Positions 27,818 to 37,903 of a stretch of 50,937 nt of DNA are shown here, piece by piece; position 1 is the stretch's first letter; each line of letters opens with the position of its first letter. The DNA comes from Bacillota bacterium (GTDB taxonomy: Bacteria; Bacillota; Clostridia; Christensenellales; CAG-138). Position numbers and translations under genes: made by a program. The DNA is taken from NCBI GenBank assembly GCA_023451115.1, contig JAEXFV010000022.1, forward strand, positions 1-50,937, read 5' to 3'. Below the pieces are notes generated by a model. The model was not told the DNA's origin and did no database searches. It worked only from the letters and a program-made list of their open reading frames with translations.

Positions 27818-28471
27818 CTATTTCGGCTGTACAATCAGAGTGTTTTTACCGGATACCCCCACTACTGTCACCTCCGCCCCGGTGCGAATGGGCTCGTGAT
27901 AATCCGATACTGCTTCAAACTCCGACCATTGCTCCTGTACAACCACATTTACCTTCCCCTTCCCTTCCCGTTTTGGGGGAACTGTCAAATAAACGGAGCC
28001 AGCACAGCCAACTGCATTGCGGATATCCATGGTGCCATCCTCCTGCAGCCTTAAGAAAAGTTTGAGAATGGCTGCCATCAGCAACATAGATAACATTCCT
28101 AGCAATAACGCCAAGAAGACTGCCCAGCCCGGCGCCATGCCACTGCGCAGCATGGTAAGCCCGGACCAACCAAATACCGTAAAAAATGCAATAAATCCCC
28201 GCACTGTAAACAGGCGCAAACCTGCATCCCCATCCAGAACAGCCTCTGTTTCCGGTAAATCAGCGTCCAGGTCTTCTCCTGGCAGATCCACTGCATCCAG
28301 ATCTCCATCCGGTGCTTCTACCTCTCCGTTGAGTGATCCATCCGCCACCCCATGATTGCCTAATCCAATAAGCAATAGGATCGTTTGAATCACCAATACA
28401 GCCGTAGAAGGGATGGCGATATACGCAAAAATCCGCTCTAACGTGCTCAACGCTTCCCACCAAGCAAGCAT
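27818..28471 (-). CDS. NfeD-like membrane protein (flotillin partner)
   Basis: Polytopic N-terminus with a C-terminal OB-fold-like region. Sits upstream of flotillin, as in yuaF-floT. Confidence 0.7.
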   Translation of the reverse strand: MLAWWEALSTLERIFAYIAIPSTAVLVIQTILLLIGLGNHGVADGSLNGEVEAPDGDLDAVDLPGEDLDADLPETEAVLDGDAGLRLFTVRGFIAFFTVFGWSGLTMLRSGMAPGWAVFLALLLGMLSMLLMAAILKLFLRLQEDGTMDIRNAVGCAGSVYLTVPPKREGKGKVNVVVQEQWSEFEAVSDYHEPIRTGAEVTVVGVSGKNTLIVQPK

Positions 28472-28494
28472 ACGGTCACTCTCCTCCTAGTTAT

Positions 28495-29070
28495 TCATGT
28501 GTCCAAGCTCTTGAATTGTTGTAAAGCCCTATGCTTCCATAAGCCGGATTGATAGGCGGTAAGCATGATCGTCAACGCCTTTTCCAGCCTCCTTTTTGCT
28601 CCAGCAAAAGGAGATCGATACCCATGTAAAAGATGTTCAATGGCTTTTTCAGCGCTGCAGGCATAGCCTTGATCTGGCGTTTGTTGCCATACTATTACGG
28701 ACATGGCAAACCATTCGTACAGCGCGGTGTCGGATAAATACCCAGGATCATTTGGGCTTAAAAAAGCGTTACAATACCGTATCAGCTCTAACACTGCCTC
28801 AATTTGCAAAACGTCTTTTAAAGCATTGATGAGAATAATCCGGCACAATTGCTCTTTTGAATATTTTTTATTTTCCGGCGGGGTCAGAAAGCCCCGCTTC
28901 ACCCAGTTTTGTATGGTATATGGCGCAAGCCCGGTAATTTCTGCCACCTGTGAGAGCACCAGCCCTCCGGGGATAAACATGGGGGTGAAAATTTGCTCTA
29001 CCGCGCTGATATTGGCCAATTCTGTTTCAATAGTCGTACCTGGTAACATTGCCAGCATAGCGGACACCAC
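28495..29070 (-). CDS. MerR-like HTH domain protein (possibly DUF1836 family)
   Basis: HTH segment LSQVAEITGLAPYTIQNWVKRGFL. First gene of the flotillin operon. Confidence 0.5.
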   Translation of the reverse strand: MVSAMLAMLPGTTIETELANISAVEQIFTPMFIPGGLVLSQVAEITGLAPYTIQNWVKRGFLTPPENKKYSKEQLCRIILINALKDVLQIEAVLELIRYCNAFLSPNDPGYLSDTALYEWFAMSVIVWQQTPDQGYACSAEKAIEHLLHGYRSPFAGAKRRLEKALTIMLTAYQSGLWKHRALQQFKSLDT

Positions 29071-29201
29071 CTTTGTTATTATGATTTTATCACATGGTCA
29101 TGTGATTGTAAATGAAGTTTATATGATTTATAAATTCTAATGGGTTTTCATAAAGTCGTCCTGCACAATCAAAGTTTTGCATATCTTTCACTATAAGGGA
29201 G

Positions 29202-29453
29202 GTGGCAAAAATGGCTTGCACCACATTTTGCGAGTTGCGGCGCAAAGAAGTCATCAACATTTGTGACGGAGCCCGCTTAGGAACCATCTGTGATTTGGAA
29301 TTAGACGATTGCGATGGCCGCATTTGCTCCATTATCGTGCCCGGACCCAGCAAGCTCTGGGGGATTGTGCGCAGCAATGAAGAACTGGTCATTCCTTATT
29401 GCCATATCAAAAAAATAGGGGATGATGTTATACTGGTTGAGATTTCCCCATGA
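29202..29453 (+). CDS. ylmC: YlmC/YmxH-family PRC-barrel sporulation protein
   Basis: KEVINICDGARLGTICDLELD...GRICSIIV family signature. 83 aa. Confidence 0.75.
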   Translation: MAKMACTTFCELRRKEVINICDGARLGTICDLELDDCDGRICSIIVPGPSKLWGIVRSNEELVIPYCHIKKIGDDVILVEISP

Positions 29454-29513
29454 TTGCGAAAAATTCCAATATTGTGGTATACTAGAGAAAAATAGGTACT
29501 GAGAGGGCCTGCT

Positions 29514-29981
29514 ATGAAATGCCGCTAATGCAACTGCACAGACAGTAAAGTAATCGACAGCCGCCCTACGGACGATGGCTCCGCCATCCGCCGTCGGCGG
29601 GAATGCATAGGGTGCGGCAAGCGCTTCACCACCTATGAAAAAATAGAAGAACTGCCCATCATGGTTGTTAAAAAAGACGGCCGCCGGGAGCCTTTCGACA
29701 GCGAAAAAATTCTGGCGGGCGTACGCCATGCCTGCCAAAAAAGGCCAATATCCAGCCTTGACCAGGACAAGCTGGTGAACGATGTCGTACGAGAGGTTTT
29801 TAATACCCTGGAGCAGGAAATCCCCAGCGCACAGATTGGCGAAATGGTAATGCAACGTTTAAAAGACCTGGATGAAGTCGCTTATGTACGGTTTGCATCC
29901 GTTTATCGCCAGTTTAAAGATATCAATACTTTTAAAAAAGAACTGGAACTTTTAATGCAGGAGAATAAGCGTGAGCCATGA
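29514..29981 (+). pseudogene. nrdR: transcriptional repressor NrdR interrupted by an in-frame TAA at codon 5
   Basis: The frame reads [19 protein letters not shown]...[17 protein letters not shown], then an ATP-cone. It aligns with NrdR residue-for-residue, with Pro-Tyr/Phe replaced by Arg-stop. The stop is at 29526-29528. The next in-frame Met is at 29661. Confidence 0.7.
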
Positions 29982-30828
29982 TTTTGAAAATGCCTGGGGA
30001 AAGATCTCCCGAGGCTGTTCCTATATTGAGCAGAGCGGTGTGGGATGGTTTTCCCTCCCCGCTTTTTCAGCAGCCGGTTTTGTGCAGCACGGTCTTACCG
30101 CCCGCATTGGCGGTGTAAGCCAGGGAGGGTACGCTTCTTTAAATTTAAGTTTCACCCGCCCAGATGAACCACGGGAAAATGTGATGGAAAACCACCGCAT
30201 TTTTGCCAAAGCTGCCGGTATTCCCTGGGACAGCATGGTAATGGATCGTTTTGAACATGGTACTACCGTGTTGCAGGTGGATCGCAGCAATAAGGGCATG
30301 GGATATCTGCGACCTTCCCTTCCCTCCTGTGATGGATTGATCACAGATGACCCTGCCATAACTTTAATCACCGGACATGCGGACTGCTTGCCGCTTTTTT
30401 TTGCAGATCCAGTACGCCGCTGCATTGGCCTTGCCCATGCAGGTTGGAAAGGGACGCTGGGTAAAATCGGATGGCATACCATACGCATGATGCAAGAGCG
30501 TTTTGGCAGCGATCCCATGAATATTTTGGCTGGTGTAGGGCCCTGTATCTGCCAGGATTGTTTTGAAGTAGATGCTGATTTAGGCCAGCAATTCGCTGAC
30601 ACTTTTACTGGGGTTCCATGCGTAGCGCCAGGAAAGCCGGGGAAAGCGCAGGTGGATCTGCCCATGGCCGCAGCCGCACAATTTTTGGAAGCTGGCGTGC
30701 TGCCGGAACATATTTCCCTTTCCGGCATTTGCACCTTTGAAGAGCCGGAACGCCTCTATTCCCACCGCCGGGATCAAGGGAACACAGGCGGAATGGCCGC
30801 TTTTTTATCACTATCGGGTTGCAATTAA
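29971..30828 (+). CDS. pgeF: YfiH/PgeF-family purine nucleoside phosphorylase / peptidoglycan editing factor
   Basis: GTG start overlapping the nrdR end. Conserved His/Cys copper-oxidase-like motifs. Confidence 0.8.
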   Translation: MSHDFENAWGKISRGCSYIEQSGVGWFSLPAFSAAGFVQHGLTARIGGVSQGGYASLNLSFTRPDEPRENVMENHRIFAKAAGIPWDSMVMDRFEHGTTVLQVDRSNKGMGYLRPSLPSCDGLITDDPAITLITGHADCLPLFFADPVRRCIGLAHAGWKGTLGKIGWHTIRMMQERFGSDPMNILAGVGPCICQDCFEVDADLGQQFADTFTGVPCVAPGKPGKAQVDLPMAAAAQFLEAGVLPEHISLSGICTFEEPERLYSHRRDQGNTGGMAAFLSLSGCN

Positions 30829-30899
30829 TTACCATATTATTCCATGTATTTTATCACATGGCAATATTCCAATTGGATATTTCCAATAAGTATTTTAGA

Positions 30900-30917
30900 T
30901 TGTTAAAATATTAACAG
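30900..30917 (+). promoter_or_regulatory. Rex-type operator TTGTTAAAATATTAACAG upstream of adhE
   Basis: Matches the Rex box consensus TTGTTAA-n4-TTAACAA at 17 of 18 positions. It lies 60 nt upstream of the adhE start. Confidence 0.5.
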
Positions 30918-30979
30918 AACAAGGTTCCACATATGGAAATTGTAAAATGGTCTCCAACATTTTTTAGGAGGATAAGGAT

Positions 30980-33607
30980 ATGGCAACAAAGAAACGTACC
31001 CCCATCACCGATATTCCCAGCCTGGAGGCGGCGCTCAGTCGGCTCAAATCAGCGCAGCGGGCATACGCTACTTTCAGCCAGGAACAGGTGGATAAAATCT
31101 TCCTGGCCGCAGCAACTGCTGCCAATAAGGCCCGCATACCTTTGGCGCAGGCTGCTGTAAAGGAAACCGGAATGGGCATTGTAGAGGATAAGGTCATCAA
31201 AAACCACTATGCCTCAGAGTACATTTATAATGCTTACAAAAACACCAAAACTTGTGGCATATTAGAAGAAGATGCTTCTGCGGGTATCAAAAAAATTGCG
31301 GAGCCCCTTGGTGTAATTGCAGCAGTCATCCCTACTACGAACCCCACCTCTACCGCTATCTTTAAAACCCTGCTGGCGCTGAAAACCCGAAACGCCATTA
31401 TCATCAGCCCCCATCCACGGGCAAAGGAATGCACCGTTGCCGCGGCACAGCTGGTATTACAAGCCGCGGTAGCTGCCGGCGCTCCTGAAGGAATTATAGA
31501 TTGGATAGACGCTCCTTCCCTGGAGTTGAGCAATGCTGTGATGAAAAGTGCAGACATCATCCTGGCCACAGGCGGCCCGGGCATGGTAAAGGCGGCCTAT
31601 TCTTCCGGCAAGCCTGCCATCGGCGTAGGTGCAGGCAATGTGCCTGCGATCATCGATGAGAGCGCGGATATTTTGCTGGCCGTTAACTCCATTATCCATT
31701 CAAAAACGTTTGATAACGGCATGATCTGTGCTTCCGAGCAATCCGTAATCGTGCTGGAGCCGGTTTACCAGGCTGTAAAAGCGGAATTTAGTAAGCGGGG
31801 CTGCTACTTTCTCAACCCCTTTGAGACGGAAAAAGTGCGCAAAACCATTATAATCAATGGTGCGCTCAATGCAAAAATCGTAGGCCAGTCCGCTTTCCAT
31901 ATCGCAGAGTTAGCCGGCGTATCTGTACCGGAGAGCACTAAAATCCTCATTGGCGAAGTGGAGAGCGTGGACATCTCGGAAGAGTTTGCCCATGAGAAAC
32001 TTTCTCCTGTGCTGGCAATGTACCGGGCCAAAAATTTTGAGGACGCTTTATCAAAAGCGGAGCAGCTGATCGCAGACGGCGGTTATGGCCATACCGCCTC
32101 CATCTATCTTAACGCCGTTACCCAGCAGGATAAACTGAACGCCTTTAGCGCCAGAATGAAGACTTGCCGTATTGTCGTGAACACCCCCTCCTCCCATGGC
32201 GGCATTGGCGATCTGTATAACTTCCGTCTGCCCCCGTCCCTGACGCTGGGCTGCGGCTCTTGGGGCGGCAACTCCATCTCGGAAAACGTAGGCGTGAAGC
32301 ATCTGCTCAATATTAAAACCGTTGCGGAAAGGAGAGAAAATATGCTCTGGTTCAGGACTCCCGGTAAGGTCTATCTGAAGAAAGGTTGCCTGCCCGTGGC
32401 GCTGGATGAGTTGAAACATGTGCTGGGCCGTAAACGGGCGTTTATCGTCACAGACTCTTTCCTCTACAACAACGGCTATACCAAGCCCGTCACAGATAAG
32501 TTAGATGAAATGGGAATTGTGCATACCACCTTCTTCCAGGTAGCACCAGACCCCACTTTGGCTTGTGCCCGGGAAGGCGCCGCAGCGATGGAAGCGTTCC
32601 GCCCGGATTGCATCATTGCGGTAGGCGGTGGCAGTGCAATGGATGCAGGCAAAATCATGTGGGTGCTCTATGAACACCCAGACGCGGACTTTATGGACAT
32701 GGCCATGCGTTTTTCCGATATCCGCAAGCGTATTTACACCTTCCCGAAGATGGGAGAAAAGGCTTATTTTATCGCGGTTCCTACCTCTGCAGGCACTGGC
32801 TCCGAGGTTACACCTTTCGCCGTCATCACGGATGAAACCTCCGGGGTAAAATATCCCCTGGCGGACTACGAACTGCTGCCCAATATGGCCATTGTGGATG
32901 CGGATTTGATGATGAATATGCCCAAAGGCCTCACCTCCGCCTCCGGTATCGACGCATTGACCCATGCTTTGGAAGCCTATGCCGCCATGCTGGCCACAGA
33001 CTATACCGATGGGCTGGCGCTGAAAGCCATCCGTACAATATTTGACTACCTGCCCAGGGCTTACGAGAATGGCGCCCAGGATCCTGCTGCTCGGGAAAAA
33101 ATGGCCAATGCTTCCACCATGGCAGGCATGGCGTTTGCCAACGCTTTCCTTGGGGTATGCCACTCTATGGCGCACAAATTGGGCGCATTCCATCATCTGC
33201 CTCATGGTGTTGCAAATGCCCTGATGATTGAAGAAGTGTTGCGCTTTAATGCAGCGGAAGTCCCCACTAAGATGGGCACTTTCCCTCAATATGATCACCC
33301 TCACACCTTGGCCCGGTATGCGGAAATTGCAGATTTCCTCAAATTACCCGGCAAAACCGATGAGGATAAGCTGGAAAGCCTGATCAAAGAAATTAGGACA
33401 TTGAAGAAGGCCATCGGCATTCAAAACAGCATCAAGGAATATGGCATTGGGGAAGAAGCATTCCTATCCACGTTGGATGAGATGGTAGAGCAGGCCTTTG
33501 ACGACCAGTGCACTGGCGCAAACCCGCGGTATCCCTTGATGAGCGAAATCAGGCAAATGTACCTTAACGCATATTACGGCAATGAAAAGGAGAGGGTGAA
33601 CGTATGA
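30980..33607 (+). CDS. adhE: bifunctional acetaldehyde-CoA/alcohol dehydrogenase
   Basis: 875 aa. N-terminal ALDH domain and C-terminal Fe-ADH domain. Confidence 0.95.
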   Translation: MATKKRTPITDIPSLEAALSRLKSAQRAYATFSQEQVDKIFLAAATAANKARIPLAQAAVKETGMGIVEDKVIKNHYASEYIYNAYKNTKTCGILEEDASAGIKKIAEPLGVIAAVIPTTNPTSTAIFKTLLALKTRNAIIISPHPRAKECTVAAAQLVLQAAVAAGAPEGIIDWIDAPSLELSNAVMKSADIILATGGPGMVKAAYSSGKPAIGVGAGNVPAIIDESADILLAVNSIIHSKTFDNGMICASEQSVIVLEPVYQAVKAEFSKRGCYFLNPFETEKVRKTIIINGALNAKIVGQSAFHIAELAGVSVPESTKILIGEVESVDISEEFAHEKLSPVLAMYRAKNFEDALSKAEQLIADGGYGHTASIYLNAVTQQDKLNAFSARMKTCRIVVNTPSSHGGIGDLYNFRLPPSLTLGCGSWGGNSISENVGVKHLLNIKTVAERRENMLWFRTPGKVYLKKGCLPVALDELKHVLGRKRAFIVTDSFLYNNGYTKPVTDKLDEMGIVHTTFFQVAPDPTLACAREGAAAMEAFRPDCIIAVGGGSAMDAGKIMWVLYEHPDADFMDMAMRFSDIRKRIYTFPKMGEKAYFIAVPTSAGTGSEVTPFAVITDETSGVKYPLADYELLPNMAIVDADLMMNMPKGLTSASGIDALTHALEAYAAMLATDYTDGLALKAIRTIFDYLPRAYENGAQDPAAREKMANASTMAGMAFANAFLGVCHSMAHKLGAFHHLPHGVANALMIEEVLRFNAAEVPTKMGTFPQYDHPHTLARYAEIADFLKLPGKTDEDKLESLIKEIRTLKKAIGIQNSIKEYGIGEEAFLSTLDEMVEQAFDDQCTGANPRYPLMSEIRQMYLNAYYGNEKERVNV

Positions 33608-34353
33608 ACCTGGAGAAAATAATCGCCGTACGTACGGCAAAAACCGTATACCGGGATGACGACTTGGCGATCAAGGTATTCAACGAAGATTACTCCAAGG
33701 CAGATGTGCTCAACGAAGCATTAAACCAGGCCCGGGTAGAAGAAACCGGTCTGGCCGTCCCTCCCATATTGGAAGTGACTAAAGTTGGCACCAAATGGGC
33801 CATTGTGACCCAGTTTATTGCAGGAAAAACCTTGGCGCAATTAATGGCGGAACACCCTGCTGAACGCAATGCTTATATGGAGCGTTTTGTGACGTTGCAA
33901 ATGAGCGTGCATAAAAAAACGGCGCCTTTGCTCAATCCTCTCAAGGAAAAAATGCATCGCAAGATTTCACAGACCGGCTTGGATGCTACTACCCGTTATG
34001 AGCTGAACGTCCGTCTTGAGGCTATGCCCACCCATACCAAGGTTTGTCATGGAGATTTTAATCCCAGCAACGTTATCGTAGCGGAGGACGGTCTGGATTA
34101 TATTCTGGATTGGGCCCACGCCACCCAGGGCAATGCTAGTGCGGATGCCGCCCGCACCTATCTGTTGTTCTGGCTGGCGGGCGATATGAAGGGAGCGGAC
34201 CTGTATTTGGATCTGTTCTGCAAACTAAGCGATACGCCTAAGCAGTATGTGCAAAAATGGCTCCCTATTGTGGCTGCATCTCAGCTGGTAAAGAGCAACC
34301 CGAAAGAACGGGAATTTTTGCTCAACTGGGTCAATGTTGTAGAATATCAATAA
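33604..34353 (+). CDS. APH/choline-kinase-family phosphotransferase
   Basis: Catalytic loop HGDFNPSNVIV. ATGA overlap with the adhE stop. Confidence 0.75.
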   Translation: MNLEKIIAVRTAKTVYRDDDLAIKVFNEDYSKADVLNEALNQARVEETGLAVPPILEVTKVGTKWAIVTQFIAGKTLAQLMAEHPAERNAYMERFVTLQMSVHKKTAPLLNPLKEKMHRKISQTGLDATTRYELNVRLEAMPTHTKVCHGDFNPSNVIVAEDGLDYILDWAHATQGNASADAARTYLLFWLAGDMKGADLYLDLFCKLSDTPKQYVQKWLPIVAASQLVKSNPKEREFLLNWVNVVEYQ

Positions 34354-34368
34354 GGGAGGAACTGCTTT

Positions 34369-34611
34369 ATGACGGTTACAGTTTGTATTGGCAGCGCTTG
34401 CCATGTAAAAGGCTCAAAGCAGATTGTGGAACAGTTGCAATATCTCATTAAAACCAATGGTTTGCAGGATCAGGTGGATTTGGGAGGCCAATTCTGTATG
34501 GGCACTTGCGGAGATGGCGTTTGTGTCAAAGTGGATGATCAATTGCACAGCATAACCCCCCAGGACACCCAATCCTTTTTTGAAAAGGAAATCTTGGAGA
34601 AGTGTAAGTAA
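34369..34611 (+). CDS. thioredoxin-like [2Fe-2S] ferredoxin
   Basis: Cys pattern C-x4-C...C-x3-C. 80 aa. Confidence 0.7.
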   Translation: MTVTVCIGSACHVKGSKQIVEQLQYLIKTNGLQDQVDLGGQFCMGTCGDGVCVKVDDQLHSITPQDTQSFFEKEILEKCK

Positions 34612-34678
34612 CTTTCTTTTCCCCAGTAATACTGGGGAAAGGCTTGTAGAAACGCCTTTCCCAAGCGAGCTATAAAAA

Positions 34679-34708
34679 GCTGAGAACCAATCGGTTCTCA
34701 GCTTTTTC
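34679..34708. terminator. bidirectional intrinsic terminator between convergent genes
   Basis: GCTGAGAACC-AATC-GGTTCTCAGC stem, flanked by A-run and T-run sequences. Confidence 0.7.
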
Positions 34709-34735
34709 TGAATGATGCCGCTTTCCTTACCGTTT

Positions 34736-36799
34736 TTAAGCCTTTGCCTGCTGCTCCATCCATTCATACAGGTAAGAAACAATTCTGTCCTTCTCAGCAG
34801 CTTTCGGGTTGTCCGGATCAAATTGTATCCCAGGACCAATTACTATGGTATGCTTTTTTCGGCTTGCATACATGGGATAGAAAGTAGTACGCCCGCCCGT
34901 GCGCTTATAATATTCGCTGCCAATGCTGGAAAAGCCCGAAAAGAACTGTGAAACGCCTTCTTCCTTATATTTTCCCGGCTCCCCCTCTGCCCGGGGATTT
35001 TCCGGGAACAATAAGATATTGTCCTCATACTCCATCGCCTCAACCGTTAAACGAATGGTTTTCACTACTTCCCGCACATTCCCCCGGTATACGGGAATAG
35101 GGTCTACCGAATTGAGCACATAAATCATTAGCGGCGCAATCCAGGCCGGAATCCTTTTACGTAATCCTTTGGGCAGCCAATGCAACACCTTATCAACGCC
35201 GCCCTCCAGTTGCTTTGCCACTACTTTACGATCCAGCATATACGATACGATCCAAGAGCGAAAATAAAATGGCAAATGCAGGTTGGTGATGATTGGTCCA
35301 TATACCTCCAAATGGTTGCAAACAAAAATTACAGGGCCCTGCTCCAGATTCACCTGTTCTTTGCCAATTACCTTACAAGGCATGAAGGGACGCAAAAAAG
35401 CTTTTATGATTCCAGGGGTAATGTACCTGGTCTTTTTCACCAGCTGCATTTGTAGCCTGGTTTCCAAGGCGCTGTTCACGTTTCCCGCGCGCTGTTGCGC
35501 GCGATAATGGGCCAGCTTTTTTGCATAGTCCTTATTCAGAGGCTGCATCAGAGCAAAAACCAGAGCCGCTACCAAAAACAGCGGCGGTAACAACAGCATC
35601 AGCGTGCGCATTACCCCCTGCACACCCAGCACAGCCTCCAGTTGATTAACACGTCCCTCCATAAAGAACGAAACCATAGTAAACAGCAGCACCAGCAACA
35701 GGGTTGACAGCGTAACCCCCCAATCCACCATGGCAAAGGTATTGCTAAAATAATCCCGCTCCTCAAGGGGGCCCATGGATAACTCCAACACTTCTTTCAT
35801 ATCCCGGCCCAAAGAGATCATAACCGAAAGCATGCAGGCCAGACCTGCTGCCCAAAGAATATTTTGAAAAATGTTATTGAAGGCAGAAAACCAGCCATTA
35901 TAGGTTGCAATACAGGCGCCGGAAAACAGCAGCGCGCCCACCACAAATACCGAAGGCTTATCATACCGGGACACCAGTGATTTGCGCCGGAAAAACAGCA
36001 AAATTGAAGCGGTAAGGGCTGTAATAATCCCAAGCCATGCCAAAAAATACAAAAGGGTATCCAACATTCCGTAAGAAGGCTGATAGCGCAGATAACAGAT
36101 ATAAGTAAAGGTTGAAAGGTTCAGCGCGATGAATACGCTGGATACCATCCTGTTATATAGCCGATAGGAGGACACGTTTTGCAGCTTGTCCGGATCTGCA
36201 GCATGGGCCGCAGTTTTGGGAGGCGCTTCCTCAATCCCTTGCCAAACCAGAGTAGCCAGGCTCGTGCCCGCTACCATGGCAAACATCATCCAAAACTCTT
36301 CATTGGACAACAGCGGATATAGCACCCCCATGGTAATTCCGCTCAGCAGCGTATGCCAAACGCTCAGCAATAACACGCGAACCCATCTCGCTATCTTTAA
36401 CCGGCATAGCAAAATCGCTCCGCCCTGCCGCAGCAACAATACCACAATGCAAATGATCAATGGGCGCAGATTGACGCTCCAAGCCAATGCAGGATAAACA
36501 AGAAGCAGCACAGCCGAAAGCAGCCCTGCCGCAACAAAAATAATCAATCCGCTTGCCTTTGCGGCGCTGGGAAGCAACCTCACGTTTTGTCTGCTATACA
36601 AACGGGTGTATACCACCCAGGTTTGCCCAGTCAAATATAATGCGCCGCCCAATACCGCGTTGTGCATGAGCAGTTCGCTCATGCACATTGCGATAAACAC
36701 ATGCAGCACATCAAAAAACTTGCTAAACGCAAACCATATAATACCGCCTGTTTCCCTTTTTCCGGCCCTCTGCCCGGGCTTTCCTGGGCTGTTTTTCAT
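34736..36799 (-). CDS. MFS-type polytopic membrane domain fused to C-terminal lysophospholipid acyltransferase (PlsC/LPLAT) domain
   Basis: Twelve or more predicted TM helices. The C-terminus carries FVCNHLEV and LLFPENPRAEG acyltransferase blocks. Architecture is like LplT-Aas. Confidence 0.7.
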   Translation of the reverse strand: MKNSPGKPGQRAGKRETGGIIWFAFSKFFDVLHVFIAMCMSELLMHNAVLGGALYLTGQTWVVYTRLYSRQNVRLLPSAAKASGLIIFVAAGLLSAVLLLVYPALAWSVNLRPLIICIVVLLLRQGGAILLCRLKIARWVRVLLLSVWHTLLSGITMGVLYPLLSNEEFWMMFAMVAGTSLATLVWQGIEEAPPKTAAHAADPDKLQNVSSYRLYNRMVSSVFIALNLSTFTYICYLRYQPSYGMLDTLLYFLAWLGIITALTASILLFFRRKSLVSRYDKPSVFVVGALLFSGACIATYNGWFSAFNNIFQNILWAAGLACMLSVMISLGRDMKEVLELSMGPLEERDYFSNTFAMVDWGVTLSTLLLVLLFTMVSFFMEGRVNQLEAVLGVQGVMRTLMLLLPPLFLVAALVFALMQPLNKDYAKKLAHYRAQQRAGNVNSALETRLQMQLVKKTRYITPGIIKAFLRPFMPCKVIGKEQVNLEQGPVIFVCNHLEVYGPIITNLHLPFYFRSWIVSYMLDRKVVAKQLEGGVDKVLHWLPKGLRKRIPAWIAPLMIYVLNSVDPIPVYRGNVREVVKTIRLTVEAMEYEDNILLFPENPRAEGEPGKYKEEGVSQFFSGFSSIGSEYYKRTGGRTTFYPMYASRKKHTIVIGPGIQFDPDNPKAAEKDRIVSYLYEWMEQQAKA

Positions 36800-36802
36800 A
36801 CG

Positions 36803-37885
36803 TTATCCAATATACTCCTTGACTCTTTCTTCTCCCTTTAATACGCGCAGCGCACCTTCCGCCAAAGCCTTAAGCTCGTCTTCGCCGGGATACACTCGAA
36901 TAGGCGCAATCATACCCACCCGGTTTTTAATGGCGCCGGTAAAGCGCGTGCTATAGGCCAGGCCACCTGTTAACACAATGGCATCCACACGCCCTTCCAG
37001 CACGGCAAACATTGCGCCAATCTCTTTGCAAACCTGGTAAGCCATGGATTCCAATACAAGGGCCGCATAATCGTCCCCTTCTTTGATGAGCCGTTCACAA
37101 TGGCGCAGATCATGGGTACCCAAATAAGCGCTCATTCCGCCGCCCCGGGTCACCCTATCAATCAATTCTTTTTCCGAATACATGCCGGAATAGCACATCC
37201 GAATCAAAGGTTCCGCCGGGATGCCGCCAGTGCGCTCAGGGCTGAAAGGGCCCTCCCCCGCCAAGCCGTCGTTTACATCGATCACCCGGCCGTACCGATG
37301 CGCGCCTACCGTAATACCGCCGCCCATATGAGCTACAATAAAGCGACAATCCTCATAGACCTTGCCCATTTCTTTCGCACAACGGCGGGCCACAGCTTTT
37401 TGGTTCAGCGCATGAAATACGCTGCGACGCTCCACGCCGGGCATACCGGTAAGCTTTGCATAAGGGTCCATCTCATCTACTACTACGGGGTCTACCACAA
37501 AAGCAGGAATATCCAGTTTTTTACCCAATTCCGCCGCAATAATTCCTCCCAGGGAGGATGCATGGGATGCTGCTGAAGAGTGCGTCAAATCATATATCAT
37601 GCGTTCATTTACACGATATACGCCGCTGTCAATCGGTTCCACCAAGCCGCCCCGGCCTACAATCGCATCAAATCCGTGTATGTCCAGATCATGGTTTTCT
37701 ACCATTTTTACGATCAATTCCATACGCATATCCTTTTGATCGGCAATGGAATTGTATTTTTCAATTTCTCCTTTTGAATGGCGCACTACATCTTCCAGCA
37801 CCATATTATCATTTTCAAAGACACCCAGTTTGGTAGATGTAGAGCCTGGATTGATTACTAAGAAACGGAATACCTTTTCTTTCAT
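36803..37885 (-). CDS. buk: butyrate (short/branched-chain fatty acid) kinase
   Basis: FLVINPGSTSTKLGVF ASKHA-fold N-terminus. 360 aa. Confidence 0.9.
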   Translation of the reverse strand: MKEKVFRFLVINPGSTSTKLGVFENDNMVLEDVVRHSKGEIEKYNSIADQKDMRMELIVKMVENHDLDIHGFDAIVGRGGLVEPIDSGVYRVNERMIYDLTHSSAASHASSLGGIIAAELGKKLDIPAFVVDPVVVDEMDPYAKLTGMPGVERRSVFHALNQKAVARRCAKEMGKVYEDCRFIVAHMGGGITVGAHRYGRVIDVNDGLAGEGPFSPERTGGIPAEPLIRMCYSGMYSEKELIDRVTRGGGMSAYLGTHDLRHCERLIKEGDDYAALVLESMAYQVCKEIGAMFAVLEGRVDAIVLTGGLAYSTRFTGAIKNRVGMIAPIRVYPGEDELKALAEGALRVLKGEERVKEYIG

Positions 37886-37903
37886 ATCGCTTTCCCTCCT
37901 CTA

